Positions 36,930-51,900 of a stretch of 64,000 nt of DNA are shown piece after piece (position 1 is the stretch's first letter; each line of letters opens with the position of its first letter). The position numbers and the translations under genes were made by a program. The stretch spans positions 2,480,001 to 2,544,000 of the forward strand of contig JBLDXI010000020.1 of the NCBI GenBank assembly GCA_047495785.1. Direction: 5' to 3'. The notes beneath the pieces were generated by a model. That model saw only the letters and a list, made by a program, of their open reading frames with translations. It was not told where the DNA came from and searched no databases. This DNA comes from Lepidodermella squamata (taxonomy: Eukaryota; Animalia; Gastrotricha).

Positions 36930-39900
36930 TTATGAATCCAAGCTCATGAGCAAAGCAGTACCGCGTTTCACCCAGTGATCAGCCGGGCGCTCGCCCGATT
37001 TCAAATCAACCGCCACGACGTAGGACGCGCGACCATTGCGGCCCGCCCTGTTCGGGAAGTAGTAGCACGGGCACGAGTACACGCCTTTCGTAGCCTTTTT
37101 GCGATTTTCGACCGGCTTGAAGTTGATGACAGGCATCGGGCACACGAGCTGCATTGGCGCTGCTTCAATCAGCGTCGATGCTTTGCGCTCCCAACCAGCG
37201 CCTTGCAGGTACAAGCCCCTAACCAGCACTCCGTCCTATTGAAAAATGGAGGGAAAAATCCATTAATTCAACAATAAAAATGGTAAAATTAAATTACAAC
37301 AAATAATGTGCATAAAATTAACGAAATTAGAGCGAGTGCAATTTTCATCTATTTAGTACAAGTTTCCGAGGTGCCCATTCGTCGGGTAAAATTGTAATTT
37401 TGCGATACAGGCTACTATTTAATTTCAACTACAAAACTTTACTTTTCCAATCTCCTGAAGTTCGTAAAATCGTGATAAAAAAATCCGCAATTATTAGTGA
37501 ACATTATTCTCAGAATAATTCACAGGTAGTATAGCGATAGTTGGCACACTTCTAAAAGAATACTACGACAAATGCTTTGACGTGATCGCGCAAAATCTTG
37601 GTTTTTTTCCAGCGGCACTACGAATACACCAAAACAACATCTATTACGACGTTTTTTTTTACCCTTTTGCTTTTCTCCAATTCTTCCTGTCAAGCAAAAT
37701 CGAGGATAGCAAAATTAACGAATAAATCGATATAAATTAACGAATATAATTGCAAATTAAACTAAAATGATAGGGATGTTTCAAACGAATTCGAGGGTCA
37801 ATGACAGACTAAGTTTCAAACGAGACGCTTTACCTGCTGTTGTTGAAGCTTTTTAGCCTCCGCCCGTTTAACGGCAGACGGCGATTTACCCTGCGTACTT
37901 TCAACTACTTCCTCCTGCTGTTTTCAAGGCATTAATGTGAGAAATATGTTAACAAAGCGTTAAATGTGATCACAAAAAGAATTAAGACTGAAAATTTAAC
38001 AATATTCACCTTTGGAATCGGTATAGCATTCAGATCGTCCGTTGTTTGAACCGTAAATTCCCAACTCAGAGTATCGATGGAAATCTGAAAAGAAAAAAAA
38101 CCAAGTTTTCCCAGTCAATGATTTTTTTTAATAATTTACGCCGTGGAGACGGGCAGATGACTGGAGCACAGCTGTCAAGAAGCCAGTCGGGAATGTGAAG
38201 GCCGAAATCCAGAAGAACTTCGGGGGTCGCGCTGTTCCGGCCCAAGTTGCGAAAAACTCGACGCGCTGAACTAAATCGCGAACCCAAGATGCAAGAGGCT
38301 TCATCGATGGATAAGCAGTTTCCCACACGGGTGGTACACGGCCGTCGTACATGCACTGGAATACCGTTTCCAACTCACTGGACATCACCACAAGACCTGA
38401 AATAACCAAAAATTATATGAAAAATGTGGTAAACTTTTTTAGTGCAATTTTTCTCCCTTCGTGAAAAATCACCTTATTACATAAACATATTTTTTATTCA
38501 ATTCGAGCTGGAAACGTTAAGGAAATACCATTGGACTAGTTTTCGGTTGATAAAAACCGAAAACGGGGTTCCGAAACCTTGCCATCATTTTCCGCTTGGT
38601 TATTGGTGAAGTGCAAGGGCCTCAAATTAAAAAAAACTCGAAAATCGACCTAAACCTAAGCCTAACATTAACCATGAACCCTAACCCCAACCCTAACCCT
38701 AACCCTAACCCTAACCCTAACCCTAACCATAACCCTAACCCTAATCCTAACATCGACTCCCAACCCTGGCCTCAACTACTAATCATCGCTTTGCTGGAAG
38801 ACATAATTTTATGGAAAAATATGTACGAACGGTTAAATTTCATAGCTAAATATGTATGAAAGAACACTCTTTGATTTTTTAAATACCTTGAATGCCCTTA
38901 TCTAGATCGATCAAAGCTTTCCGCATCAGACGCAGAAGATTGTTGTAGCGCTCGATTTCTTGAAGGAGGACGACGTTAAGTGGAGATGGGTCATTTGATA
39001 GCAATTTAAGCGTCTGTTCGTAGTCGATATCGCCGGGTAGTTGTTTGAAAATGGTCTGCGACAAATCTCGAACTTTATCCTCTCGACTTTGCCCCTCGCC
39101 TCCGCCAGTCCCACCGCCCGTCTGCGGTTGAAGCGACAGCAGGGTCTCGAACAGCATTCGAGATTCCTGAATTTGCGACGCGATATCAGCGTTAGGATGC
39201 TGGCCGAACGCCTCGGGGTGGTCAGTTTGCGGTAACATGCTGATGTACTCCTTGTAGGAGGCCAACGGGCCGTCACGTGGGATGTAGTAGTAGGGCAGCG
39301 ATGACAGTTTGTAGAACTGTTCTTTAACGCAGGCATCGCAGTAGTAATCGTTGATGTAGGTCATCAGCAAACGCCTGTCCCAATCATCAGTCACGTGACC
39401 TCCGTAATTGATGTTCGCGATCAGGTACTTCAACGCATCCCACGCCGTTTCTTCGTACTCGTCCAGGTAGATGCTGAGCAGGGTTTCCGAGACGAGGAAA
39501 TCGGCGTCGTTGAACTCGTAAACGATATTCCAGCCGAGGTTCAAAAACTTTTTCCTCTCCAGCAGCACAGAGTGGAAGTAGCAGAGGGAGAAGAGCAATT
39601 TTCGATACTTGTCCGGCTTGCGGCACTTCGCGAACATTGGCTCTGAGATCAAGTTGTAAAGACGTTTCATATTCGCCTTCAAACCCTTCGGCGGCTCGGT
39701 TGTGATTTTGATTGAAGATTGCAAGATTGCGATGGGGAATTCGGGGTGAGGGGCGGAGCTTAGCCACAACCGGAAATCAGGGTGAGGCTGGGCTGATTTG
39801 CCCTGCAATTGATCGATAATTTTGTCGAGCTGAGGCATCCAGCTCAGCGATAGATGGCAATTAGCTAAGAACACCCAGTGGCCGCGTTCTAGACCATCTT

Positions 39901-42900
39901 TGATGTACCGTGTGGCGGTTGGCGCCTGGCCCTGACCGAGCGACAGAGAATGAAAACGTTCGAACATGCCGCAGGTTTCGGCCAATTGAATCAAGGCGCT
40001 AGTTGGGTCAACACCAGGTGACAGCACGAAAATAAGCGGCGTTCGAGACGTAGAATCGTCCAAAATCGATCGCTAAAATTAAAAAAATTAAACCTAGAAA
40101 ATTCCTCCTTAAGAAAAATTTACCATGTCCAAAATAGGAGGCTCAACGTATTTCGAGCCCAGATTGTTGACAATGAAGGCGGTTACACAGAATGAGACGC
40201 GATCAGGTCGCAGCGATCGAACAATCAACATTTTTTGCAATTCATTCGCCGCGTTGTCCCATTCGCCTGGCAGCGATGCTTTTTCCGGCTCAGCGGCCGT
40301 GAACCATTGATTCCAATCGCGGGTATGCTGCTCGAATGACGCGATGATTCCGTGGAAATTCGGCAACTTTTCCAGCTCGGAAATGTTGTCCCAAGCGGCC
40401 TCGGGTAGCCAGGACGAGCAGGGATTATCGAGTTGGTTCTCCTTATCCAACACAATACCGCCGCGGAGGAAGAAATTGTACTCTTCCATGTTAAGTTTCC
40501 CGGCATTTTCTTGAATTCTCGCGCACATATGAAACGAGAATAGCAGCTTATGGCGTTCGAAAAGAGCTCGGCACGTGAATCGATAAACTGCGAACGTGTG
40601 ATGGTCGTTCAAATTAACGATTCTCTCCTCAAGTCTCGGGCTTCGTTTGCTCTTCTTGATACTCATCCTGAAGAGATCAACGTAAGAATCGAGCGAGAAC
40701 TGGTACATCGGATCGATTTGGCCCATGTCGTTGAGTACGAAGAACAAAATCGAGGCACGAGTCGCCGAAGACCGGTAACCCTCGCGGGCAGCGTCGATTT
40801 TCGTCTCCGTCTGCTCGGCGGTCGCGAGTTGTTCCGAAACCTCCTGTGAGGTCTGTTTCGAAGTCTGCAGGGTGTTCACGAGGGTTACATCGTCTAGCAA
40901 CGAGCCCTTTGTTTCGTTGAGAAGCCGCAAAATCTCGTCTTCCAACTCGACCAACTTCTTCTTGCCAGCAGCGATTGACGTGACTAGCGTATCTTTCTGC
41001 TGTTCCAACTCAGGCCGCTCCTCGCCGACTACGATACCGAGTAACTGAGCCTCAAGGCCCTGTTCCTTGATCGCAAAGTTGACAATGGTAGTTTTGGCTG
41101 CGACCTCAGGCGCGTAATGCGGATTGCTCAACTTTGTCGTGATATAAAACCTGAAATTCTGGTTATACTCAATTTCGTTATCGCCGATTTTGATCATCGG
41201 AACACCGCCGATTTTCACTATGGCCTTATTCAGGATCGGGTCAAGTGATGGGTCGAGTTTTTCCTTCACGTTCTGCAGCAATATGGCTTTACCCATGCGA
41301 ACAGCCATCTTAATGCGTTCGAGGTAGTCATTCATCTGCAAATCGATGATCATTTTGTCGTCCAGTTGCTCCATGTTTTTGATCCAACGCATTGCCTGGC
41401 CCTGCGGATCGACCATTAACGGCCAGCGACGGCCTTGAGTGACAATAATACCATTTTCGGTACTAAAAATAAAAAGTCAAGAATTATTCTCATTTTTAAA
41501 TTGAAAAATGAATCATGAATTTTTTTAAAATCTCAAAGTTCAACACAATTTTTATTTAAAAATTTATTTAAAAAATAAGATTTAAAAACATTTTTTTTAA
41601 TTCAAATTGTTAAATTTAAAATTCGAAATAAATTTCAACAAATTTGAATAATAGGTTTTTAAATCTTAAAATTGTTAAAATTTAAGAGACTCACCTGAAT
41701 TCGTCACTTGGCAACTTTTGAATGTTCCACTCTCGAACAAGGGTAGGTTTGACCATGAAAGTCGTAAGATCAAACGTAGCACTGCATGGTAGGCCGAGCT
41801 TTCGAATCTCGACAAGCCAGATTTTCTGCAACATTTCCTCTCGGTATTCCGACAAAAACGGGCCCATATACGACAGGAAACCCGCAGATAGAAGGCAATC
41901 GCCGGGTAAATAGCCCATTTGTTCTTCCAAATCAGCCACAGTGGCAACCCATCGTTGGTATTCCGATGATAGACCATCGACCAATTTGCTAGCTCGATCT
42001 AACATCATTTCCGTGTACTCCGACTTTTTGCGTAATTCCTCCTTTTGAGCCAATTTTTCCTCGTATTGCTTTTTCAGTTCAGCCATCCGGTTTTCGACCT
42101 CGCGCAGCTTGGCGTAAGCCTCGGCCAATGCGTCCTGCTTCTCTTTCAACGCAGACATGGCCTGGTTGAGGCGCTGGCGTTTCGGCTCGACGACACGGTA
42201 AATGCGACCGTACATTTCCATAGCGCGTACCCAAAGACACAGCGATCGAGCGGCATTAGACACCTTACCGACGATTTCAGGGTCGAAGTCCTTCTGGGCC
42301 ACGTACTGCCCGATTTTCTTGAGAACACGGTCTGAAATGTTGTCTTTCGGGAAATTTACGAGCTGTTTAATGAAATTAGGCTCGCTGAGTTGACGCTTAG
42401 CTTCAGCCCATGTCGGTTCGCCGTTACGCAACACCATCACAGCTTCCATGACCTGATTTGAAATGAGAAAAAATTTGGTAATAAAAAGTAAAAAAGGGTG
42501 AAAAATTTCCGCGACAATGGGATAATGGCATTTCATCATTAGCCGACCGCAGTCGAAATTTCGATTTTCGAATTTTTTAAATTCTTAAAATTTTCAAATT
42601 TTCAAATTTTGAATTCTCTGATTTTTAAATTTTTAAATTTCAAATTTTCGAATTTTTGAAAAACCTGAGAAATTATAAATTTCATGTAGAAACTAACCTT
42701 TTCGACAAGAGGAGGCGGTTTCGCATACGATTTAATTTCAGTTAAATCGTTCTTGTTCAGCGAATTCAAGGCATCCATAGCAGCTTCGAGAGCCGGCATC
42801 GCCTCTGCGAGATCAGACTGAGCCAAATCGGCCAACTGCTTGCATTTGTACTCTTCCTCGCCGATTTTCTCGCTCTTCTGCTGCACAGCCTTTTGCTGCT

Positions 42901-45900
42901 CGTCAGCCTCACGCTTTTGCTGAACCAACACAACCAAGTACTCCTCGCACATTTTCTGAAACTGAGCCACCTTCTGCTTGTCCTGCTCGAGTTCAACACT
43001 CATCTTCGACACTTTATCACGCGTCTCCTCAATTTTACCGAGACCGTTTTTCAACTTATTCGCAGCTTCTGACAGCTCTTTCCGTTTCGCGTACAGCAAA
43101 TCTTTGTAGCCAATTACGAGTTCGAGGTAATTGGTGGGCGTTACGTAATTTTGCCGTTTCAACTGCGCAAACATTTTGCGCGACATTTCGCCTACGCTCG
43201 AGTGCATAAGCGCGAACATTTTCGCAATATTCGGCTTCAGCCGCTCTTCATCCTCATCTCGCATTTCGATGGTCTGAACGTACTTATCCGCGACTTCAAG
43301 CAACGCCTCGGTCGGCCATTCCGTGAATAAATCAATAGTCGTGCAATTTACAAAGGCTGGGTATTGACGAATTCGGTTCCTGAACGCCTCGCCGACTGGG
43401 CTCATCGCCAGCACGACGTGAAGGTTCGCCCGGATACGGTCGAGTAGATACGTAAACATCGCTAGAGGGTTATCTTCAATGTTGTCCTTCTTCGCGTCAT
43501 CGGCCAGCTGATTTTTCACATCCTCAAACTCGTCGGCCTTGTACAAATTCGGAACTTCGCCCGAGCTCAGGACGTTGTTGATGTCTTCAAGGAAGGCCTC
43601 TTCAACCACCTGCATGTCGGTGAAAAGGAACAGGGTCGGTTTGTTCTCGACACCGGCCAATAGGTACAACCGTTTGATGTCTTCGCGGAATTCTTGTTTC
43701 CGGTAATTTTTCGACACCTCGATCTGGAAGACATTGTAGTAGCAGATAAAGGCGGCAAGGCGGGTTAGACTTTGGCGGCCCGAACCTCCGATACCGATCA
43801 GCAACATGTTGCCTCGTGGTTGCCGAATTACTCGTACAATTCGAGCAACTGTGAAATTAAATAACAAATTTTAATAAATTTTAAATTTCGAAATTTTCGC
43901 TCAAAAATTAATAAATAATCTAAATTAATTAAAAATAAATAAAATTCATCCACTAACTTATTATTTATAAATTTCATGAATAAAATTTCAACTCACTGTG
44001 CTCAATCGCATCTTTGAACAAAACAAGATCCATTGCAACAATGTTCGGCGAATTGTTGTACTCATCCAACACGCCCTGCATGTGTTTCTTGAGCGCCGCT
44101 GGGTTTTCTAAATCTTCGTACAGCTCATCCGCATTCATGAAATCACCGAAAACCGGCGGAACGCGGTTCTGGCAAATGTTGTGGTACGTCAAATCGAACA
44201 TGATGCCTAGTTTTTCGCTCAAAATTCCAACAAAGGCCTCGCGATCCTTCTCGCCGACCAAACGGTCGCAGAACACGCGGAAGCACTCGTGAATCCAGAG
44301 ACGGACGAAAGCTGGTTTCGATTCTTGATACTTCTTACTAGCCCGAAGTAGACCTTGGAATACCTTCGAAATGTCTCGTAAATTGAACAAGTAGTGAATT
44401 TTCGTGGGTGTTGGCAAGAATTTCGACACAACGTTGTCGTACAACTCGATAGTCGCGTCTGTTACAATAGGCGCCAAATTTTTCACTTCATCCTCGAAAT
44501 CGTGGAGTTTCTGCGTAATCATCGAGCCGAAAATTCGCTTCAATTGCGACTCCTGCGGGAAGGTCATGTTGATTAAATTGAACCGGCTCTGAAGTCGCTG
44601 AGAAATCTCCTGGCGACCACCTCCGGGTGGGCCCATCGCTGCCATCAGCAACATGTCCTTGACCGAGACAACAGCCTGAGTTTTCCGGTTGTACCAAAAG
44701 CCGTAGTCGAGCCACATTCTGATCAACTCTAGCGGAGGTTGAGATCCGTACCGATCCTTGACCGGCATGTTCAAATCGTCGATGAGGGTCAACATTTTCT
44801 TACCACCGACCGGGACGAACACGCCCTTACCACGCTTTTCAGTTCGAGATTCAATAATGTCCTGAGTGTTGTTCGAAGTCGTTTGCGCGGACATATTGAC
44901 GATGAGAACGGTGTACTTCTCCAGGTCGAGGCTGTTCACAACAGACTGAGCGACTGAAGTTTTACCCGTACCAACAATACCGACCATCATAACAGGGTAC
45001 GCACGGGAGATTAGGGTGGATACTAGGTAGTTGTATCGAACTGTGTCAACAGTTGGCACGATAATTTTGAAAAATGGAACGTTCGGGTTGTATTGCCAGG
45101 GTGTTTTCAGCTTTTCGTCCCAATGCAGCCAGCCGTGAGTTTTCGGGTCGACGAAATACTCGTAAACTGCGTCCTTATTCGGGAAGGAGGATTCGATCTC
45201 GCGGAGGTATAGATCAATCTTCTTGCGGCCTTCTTCATTAACCGCAGCTAGAACTGACCAAATCAAGCAGAATAAGAACCAGTTTTCGACAGTTCGCTGG
45301 AAATTGTCACTATCAGCCGGGTCGACGCCGTTTTCAATTGTCATGTAGCACTCAAGTAGTCGGCACAGCGAGATGACGCCGTTTAACTCAGGGATCGGAA
45401 CCAACTCCTGGCAATTCAGGCGTTTGAATTCCAGCATTCGAGGCAGCCATTTGTCGAAAAGCCGCTTCAGCTCCTCGACCAACACGACCTGCCCTTCAGC
45501 TGTCCGCCGTTTAAGCCACGACTCGACGTAGGGCTGCCAGCCAAGGTCGACGTAGTCGTTGAAGACCATGCCGCAACGTGAGACGGTAGCAGGTGAAGCG
45601 ACGGCCAAATCGCCGACTTCGAATAGCAGGGAAACCTGTTCAGGCATACCGATACGCTCACCGTTGACTAGGGTCAAGATTTTGTTGTCGTCCATGACTG
45701 AGTTCATGTTTTCAATCCAAACAGCGTCAACAGGACCGTCGAACAAAATCCACTTCTCCTCGGATGTAGCAGCTAAAAATTAATACAAAAATTAATAATA
45801 TATCAAAAAAACGAAATTAAATAAGGTAATATGGATATTAAAAAATTATAATTGCTTCAGGAAATTAGTGCCATTGTGCTTATCGAATTTCCAATCTCGA

Positions 45901-48900
45901 ATTGAAACTTACGATTTCTCACAAAATCTTCAAGTTTAATCAAAATTTACTCAACGCTCAAAATTTTGGCTGGAATCATAAAACGGAAAAGGAATTTTCA
46001 ACTTACATCCGCAAGTTTGGCGCATAATCGTCGACAGGATACCATCAGTCCATTCGCTTGAAGCCAGATCGAACTCACCGTAAAGCTCGCCCATAGACAC
46101 GGCTTTAGGGTTCATCGGATACTCCTTAACTGAGTTAAAGCCCGGCTCCCCGGCCTTGGTCAGCCTGGTTTTGGTCGCCGCGAGCATTTTCCAGGTAACC
46201 GATTTACCCGACAGAGTTTTACCGACAATCATGACTGAGTGACGCGAGTTTTTAGTTTCGAACAGTTGAATAACCTTCGTGATCATATGCTTCGTCGGGA
46301 TCAGATTAGCGTCATTCATTTCGGCGGTAATAGCCTCGCGTAACTTGGCGTAGTCGACAGTCGGAATTTCAACGCCAGGGAATAAATCCGAGACAATGGC
46401 GTTGAAAAGCGGCAAATCGACCGAAGTCAATTTAGCGACGTTCATGTCCCTCATAGCCAGCAGAATAACCTCGTCGTCAGGCATATTTGGCAGATCTCGC
46501 TTTTTGCGGCCACCGTAGCGTAGCAGGGACGTAAGGGCACGCAGACCGAAATCGTAATGGTCTTGTTTCGACAACTGCTGGACGGCAAGGGAGTAAAGGG
46601 TGAAGACCTTTTTAGCCAAGCCTTTGCAATTGCTGAAGCCTTCGCCGGATAGGATGATTTCAGCAATCATGTTCGAATCTGGCACGACCATAGCAATCGG
46701 TCTGAACATAGACTTCAAGTTATCAGGAAGTTCAGTACGACCTGAAATAATAAATTTAAAAGAATCAACAATTCATTTTCCTATTTTACCTGCATAACCA
46801 GGGTTCATAGTGATGAAAATACCGCAGGTGTGAGTTAACCGAATTTCCTGACCTTCGAAGACAAATTTCGTTGAATGAGCAGAGAGGGCGCTCAGAATCG
46901 ACAAAATTTGCTGGGCGACGACGGACAATACCTCAATGTTGATACGATTAAATTCATCAAAGCAACCCCAGGCACCAGTTTGCGCCAGGCCCGAAAACAT
47001 ACGGCCCATTGACATGAAATCAAGACCCTCAGAGCAGTTGATAACGATGACATACATCCCTAAATTTTTGCCCAAATCCTTAGTTGTCTCAGTTTTTCCG
47101 GTACCAGCAGGGCCTTTTGGCGAGCCACCTTTATGCAAATGCAAAGCTGTGGTCAAAGTGATGTAGCAACGATCGGTAAGCGGCGTGATGACAAGTCGAC
47201 CCGAATTTCCCAGGTACTCATACTGGTAAAACGTCGAGGTAATTGTTTGTTTAATCACGCAATCGTCGTCCTGTTTGTCCCAGTAGAATCGCAGCTGAGA
47301 GTTCCACTCAAACGCGTTCGGCTCTTGAATGCCAATTTTGTACATTTTATCGACGATATCGCGCTGATGAACTTCGATAGTGACCATCGCCACGATTTTC
47401 AACCGCTCAACTTTGTTCAATTTGCCTCGAATCGCCTCGGAGTATTTGTTCAACATCGAAATCTGCCGCTTTTTCACACTTCTCATCGGTCTCCGGTCAG
47501 ACATTTCCTTGCAGCGACCCAGGGCTTTTGTAACATCAGTCGTCCATTGAATTTGGCTGGCGGTTAGGCAGAGTTGGCCAGGCCATTTTTCGTCCCGAAT
47601 CCATTTATCTCGCTTATTCAAGCACTTTCTCAGCTCGTTTTTGCACTCGCGTAACCGATTTCGCAACGTGTCTTGCATCAAAACTTCGAGTTTTGACAGC
47701 CAAACTTCAACTTGACCTTCCATAATCAAGACTGAGGTGAATTCAACCTTTTCACCGTCACCTGATATCATGACAGTCGCCTCTTTCCGCTGGGGTTCGA
47801 TAACCATTTTAAGATCAAACAAATTGTCGAACAGTTTTCGTAGATGAGGACGAATTGTTTCTGGGTTTTTGGCTTCGCCCAAAATTTTCAACAAATCATC
47901 GTTGGAAATGAAGTAGAACCGTGGGAAAGCTTGGCGTTTAGTTTCGAGGTAAGTACTCAACGCCTTATTGATATCTTCCAACCTTCGATTCATCGCGATG
48001 AGCTGTTTCGCAATGCCAGGTCGATGGGTTGAACGTTGAGCGTTCCTTTCCGCATTCGTTTCAGTCATAATTTTTTTCCACTCAGCGCTCAATAGGTCGA
48101 ATTCTTTAGTCTCGCGAGGTAGTTGCTTGCGAATATCTTCGCCCATGAAAATATTTTCCAAGTAGATCCATTGCTTTTGAACCTGGAGCAAAGCATCGAG
48201 AACGTCCATAACTACGGTGAGAGTTTTCTCCCAATGCGTGACTTCTTGCTCGAAAGCTTTCACGAAACGGCTAGATTTCATCTGCGACAGCTGAGCCTGG
48301 CCATCTTCAAGCGCCTGAGTGACTTCATCGGTTGAAACGAGTTTGAAGTGGCCCTTGTCTTTGTAGGGCAGCACCTGCAGGGTGAGACCCTCCCAAATTT
48401 GGCGAATATTCGCTAGACCGACCTCGATGATGTACTCCTTCGAGGCGGCTCCAGACAGTTCAGAAATGAAATCGGCATATTGATCGAAATTATTTCCAAT
48501 AATGTATTCCAGGGTGTACTCGTCGGAAGCTTCGTCGAAGAACTTGTTCATCTCATCCTGTTTTGGTTTAAATTAATTTTTTTCAAAATTCAATTAATAA
48601 TTTTACCTTAATTTTTTGCCAGTGACGGGGTCGCATGGCTTTGTTTTTCAAGTCCTGGATGAGGGGCATAGTTCGCCTGAACTGGTCAACCTTCGCTTTA
48701 GAAATATCGACGATTTCCCAGTTCTTCTCTTTCAGCTCTCGGCTGAGTTTATGCAACTTTTTGAAAATATCCGATGAAATATTCTCCATTTGCTTGGTTT
48801 GCAAATCCGCAAATCGGCCAGACTTCCATTCACCCCAGTATTTTTCCCAATCAGCCGTCAGCTGCCAAACCAGTTCGATTTGTTCCAGCTCCTTTTCTAG

Positions 48901-51900
48901 CGCGGCGATGTCTTTCGACGGAGGGAAGTCCATCTTAAACATATTCAATCCCTTTCTGATCATCGCCTCTTGTTCTTTGAAGGCCGCGAGTTGTTCGCGG
49001 AATTTAGCACACATAGCCAGGGCGTCGCTGGATGAAATCGAAGCCGCGAATGGGCCCGTCGTCCGAAAATCGCTGAAAATCGATTGAGCAGTTTTCTTCA
49101 AGTCCTCCTGCTGCGACAACAGGCCGACCTTGAACTTTTCTTTCTGTTTCTTGATCATCAGATCAGCCTCTTCCAAAGCGGCGCAGAAATGTGTCCAACG
49201 GCCACTTAACGACCCTAACAAATCTCGAACTTCTTGCGGAACTTGCACCTCGTACTTGTCAATAATCGTAAATTGATCTTGCAGAGGTTGGAATTTCGCC
49301 TCAATATTCGGCACATCGGCCGTCATTTTCTCCCATAGTTCGACGCAAGACCCCAAATCATTTAGAGTCTGTGGAACCTGGACTACCCGGTAAGCACTGT
49401 CCTCCAAATATGCAGCTAATTCTTTCAAGCTTGACGTAGCAAGGTCTCGCAGTAATGAGGTAAATTTATTTTGCCACTCCTGGCAATGGCTCAAAATCGA
49501 GTTTTTCAACGGCGAGCAGTCGATATGCATGAATTGAATCGTCAGAATTGTATCATTAAGCTGGACGTTATTCGCAACCTCAGTGTAGCGCGCGATATCG
49601 GCATCGAACGAGGCGACGGGCGGGTTTTGACGCGCATAACGCCGAATAAATGCGTCTTTGTTGACCTGCCAGATTTCTTTGAACGAGTCCCAGGTTGTCA
49701 GATAATTTCTCATCGCCGTCGAATTTTGCTGCAACCCCTTCAAAATTTGATCTTGAGTCTTTCGAATTTCAAAATCTTTAGTGATGACGTCGCAAATCGG
49801 CGGCTTCGAGGGCTTTTTCCTCGTCAAAAGTTCAGGTAAACGTTTGATCCCGGTTATCGATTTGATCAACTGCTCATTTATGCTGGTCAACACTGCAGCT
49901 AGCTGACCCAAGGTAGGTGCAAAATCGACTACATCCGTATCCAAAATAACTCGAACTCGGAATAACGGATTTGGAGGAGATTTTCCATCCCCGTTGATTC
50001 CGCGATTCAGCTCTTGAAGCGACCATTTTACGTTGAGCCGGAATGCCTCTTCAACCATTCGATCGGTTTTCTCGGTAAATTTCACCCACTGGTTCTGAAC
50101 ATCGGAGCCGTCGTCTTTGAAAACGTCATACGTATGCAGCATGAGTTTGACAATTCGATCGTGCAAGTCGGCCAATCGCTCTTCAATATTAACGCGGTGG
50201 TTTTGTTGTTCGGTGTCGAAATCGAGGTTCTCGTAAGTACGTTTCGGGTCAATGTGTAAAAGTAGGGACTCGGAGATTTTAACACAAGTTTGCGAAATAT
50301 TGAGATTCGCGATTTTATAGTTGTCCACGATAATTTGAAGCTGTTTAAAAAAATCATGTTGATCCCTGATTTTATATTTTTGAAAAAAAATTACCTTATT
50401 GGCATGAATTCGACATTCTTGGACGAAAGATTCGCACAGGCCTTTCGAAGCCCAGGTAATTTTAGTCATTCCTGGGCTGAGCTTTTTGTCCAAGAAGCGG
50501 ATTCGCTCTTTAAATAGGAGTCGCTCTTCGGGTTTGAGCGACATCAAAACGCGGTTGTAGTCTCGAATAACCAACATGACAAGCTCACGCATACAACGGA
50601 ATTCTTCAATTCGAAGGTAAATGTCAGCTATGTGACGCGGTGCTTCAAATTGCAACCGTTCGAAATAGAAGCATTCTTGCAGTAATTTCAACAGATTTCG
50701 ATCGAAATTGATGTCCATCAACTGAGCAACCTCTGAGCTCTTGCACATTAGCGGAATCTCCAAAAGCTTCTGGGGATCCTAAAAACAAAAGAAAATAGCA
50801 AAATTTAGCCTGAGTTCCCATTATTTTCCTGGTAAAAATGCAAATTAAATTTTAGGCCAATTCTCGATAGGTAATATAAATAGGAGCAAATATTCTCACA
50901 CACAATAACGAAAATTAATAAATTATTGGGGCACTCGGTATTTTTAGGGTTTATCAAATTCTCACCCGTCGAACTTCCCACAATATCTATAGCAGTTAAT
51001 CATTAATCAACAATGTCGATGCCGGTGAAATTAAAAAAAACTCGAGAAGCAAGGTAAATGAAAAACATACCCTCTCTGACTTTTGGTTCCATTCATTGAA
51101 AGCTTTCTTGATGTAATCATCAATGGCTGCTACAAGCTGAAGATATTGAGATCTTGCGTCGTTACCAACGCCAGTTGGTGGCAAGAAGAACGCTCGGTCG
51201 AGCAACTAATAAAAAACTCGAATAAGCCACGAATAAAAATAAATCCAACCACTAACCATTCCCAGCCTTTCAATTCGCTTTTTGAGCTGGCGAGCCCAAT
51301 GCCCTGTTCCACCATAGTGAGGCTGTCCTAACCCATAGAAAACGTTCTTTTGCGTAATTTCTCGCTTGACAGAATTGAGTTCATCAAGGAACATTTGATG
51401 TACTTCGACCGTTTTCTTGTCAATCGTACGGTGAATTGCTTCTCGTGAAGACATGCACATGAAAACGTCGAGAATTTCAATGCCTCCCTCGACCGTTCGT
51501 GTGGTCTCGAAAGCTTGGTTAATCACGCTCTGCATCATAACTTCCAGCTCCTTCACGCCTTCACGGAAACGACTGTAGTCGTCGTGCCAAGTTGTCGTTT
51601 TAACCTCTAAAATGGTCGCCTTCTTCTCACGAAGCCTAGCCAAGTGCTTCTGGAATGCAGCGTCGATTTGAAGTAAGCCTCGAGCTATTTCCGGGCCTTT
51701 GTGACCCGCGAAATGCGGAACTTCAGCTTGTTCGCCTTCCTCAAAGCGGCAGAAGTGGTTCTCGCAATTGCAAACTTCGATCAAATCGCGACAACGTTGA
51801 ACAAATGCGTCGATTTGAGCGAAAATAGTTTTCCTATCCAAGTTCCATGGCATTTTGGAAAATCTTGTGTGCATCTGCTCAGCCTAGATATAGCAAAATA

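Noticed and set aside
38596-38859. ORF with (NP)n repeat
   Set aside because: It is only the translation of the CCCTAA tract.
42550-42665. AAATTTT-rich quasi-repeats in dynein introns as a CRISPR-like array
   Set aside because: Low-complexity AT-rich intron sequence with no repeat-spacer structure, in a eukaryotic context.
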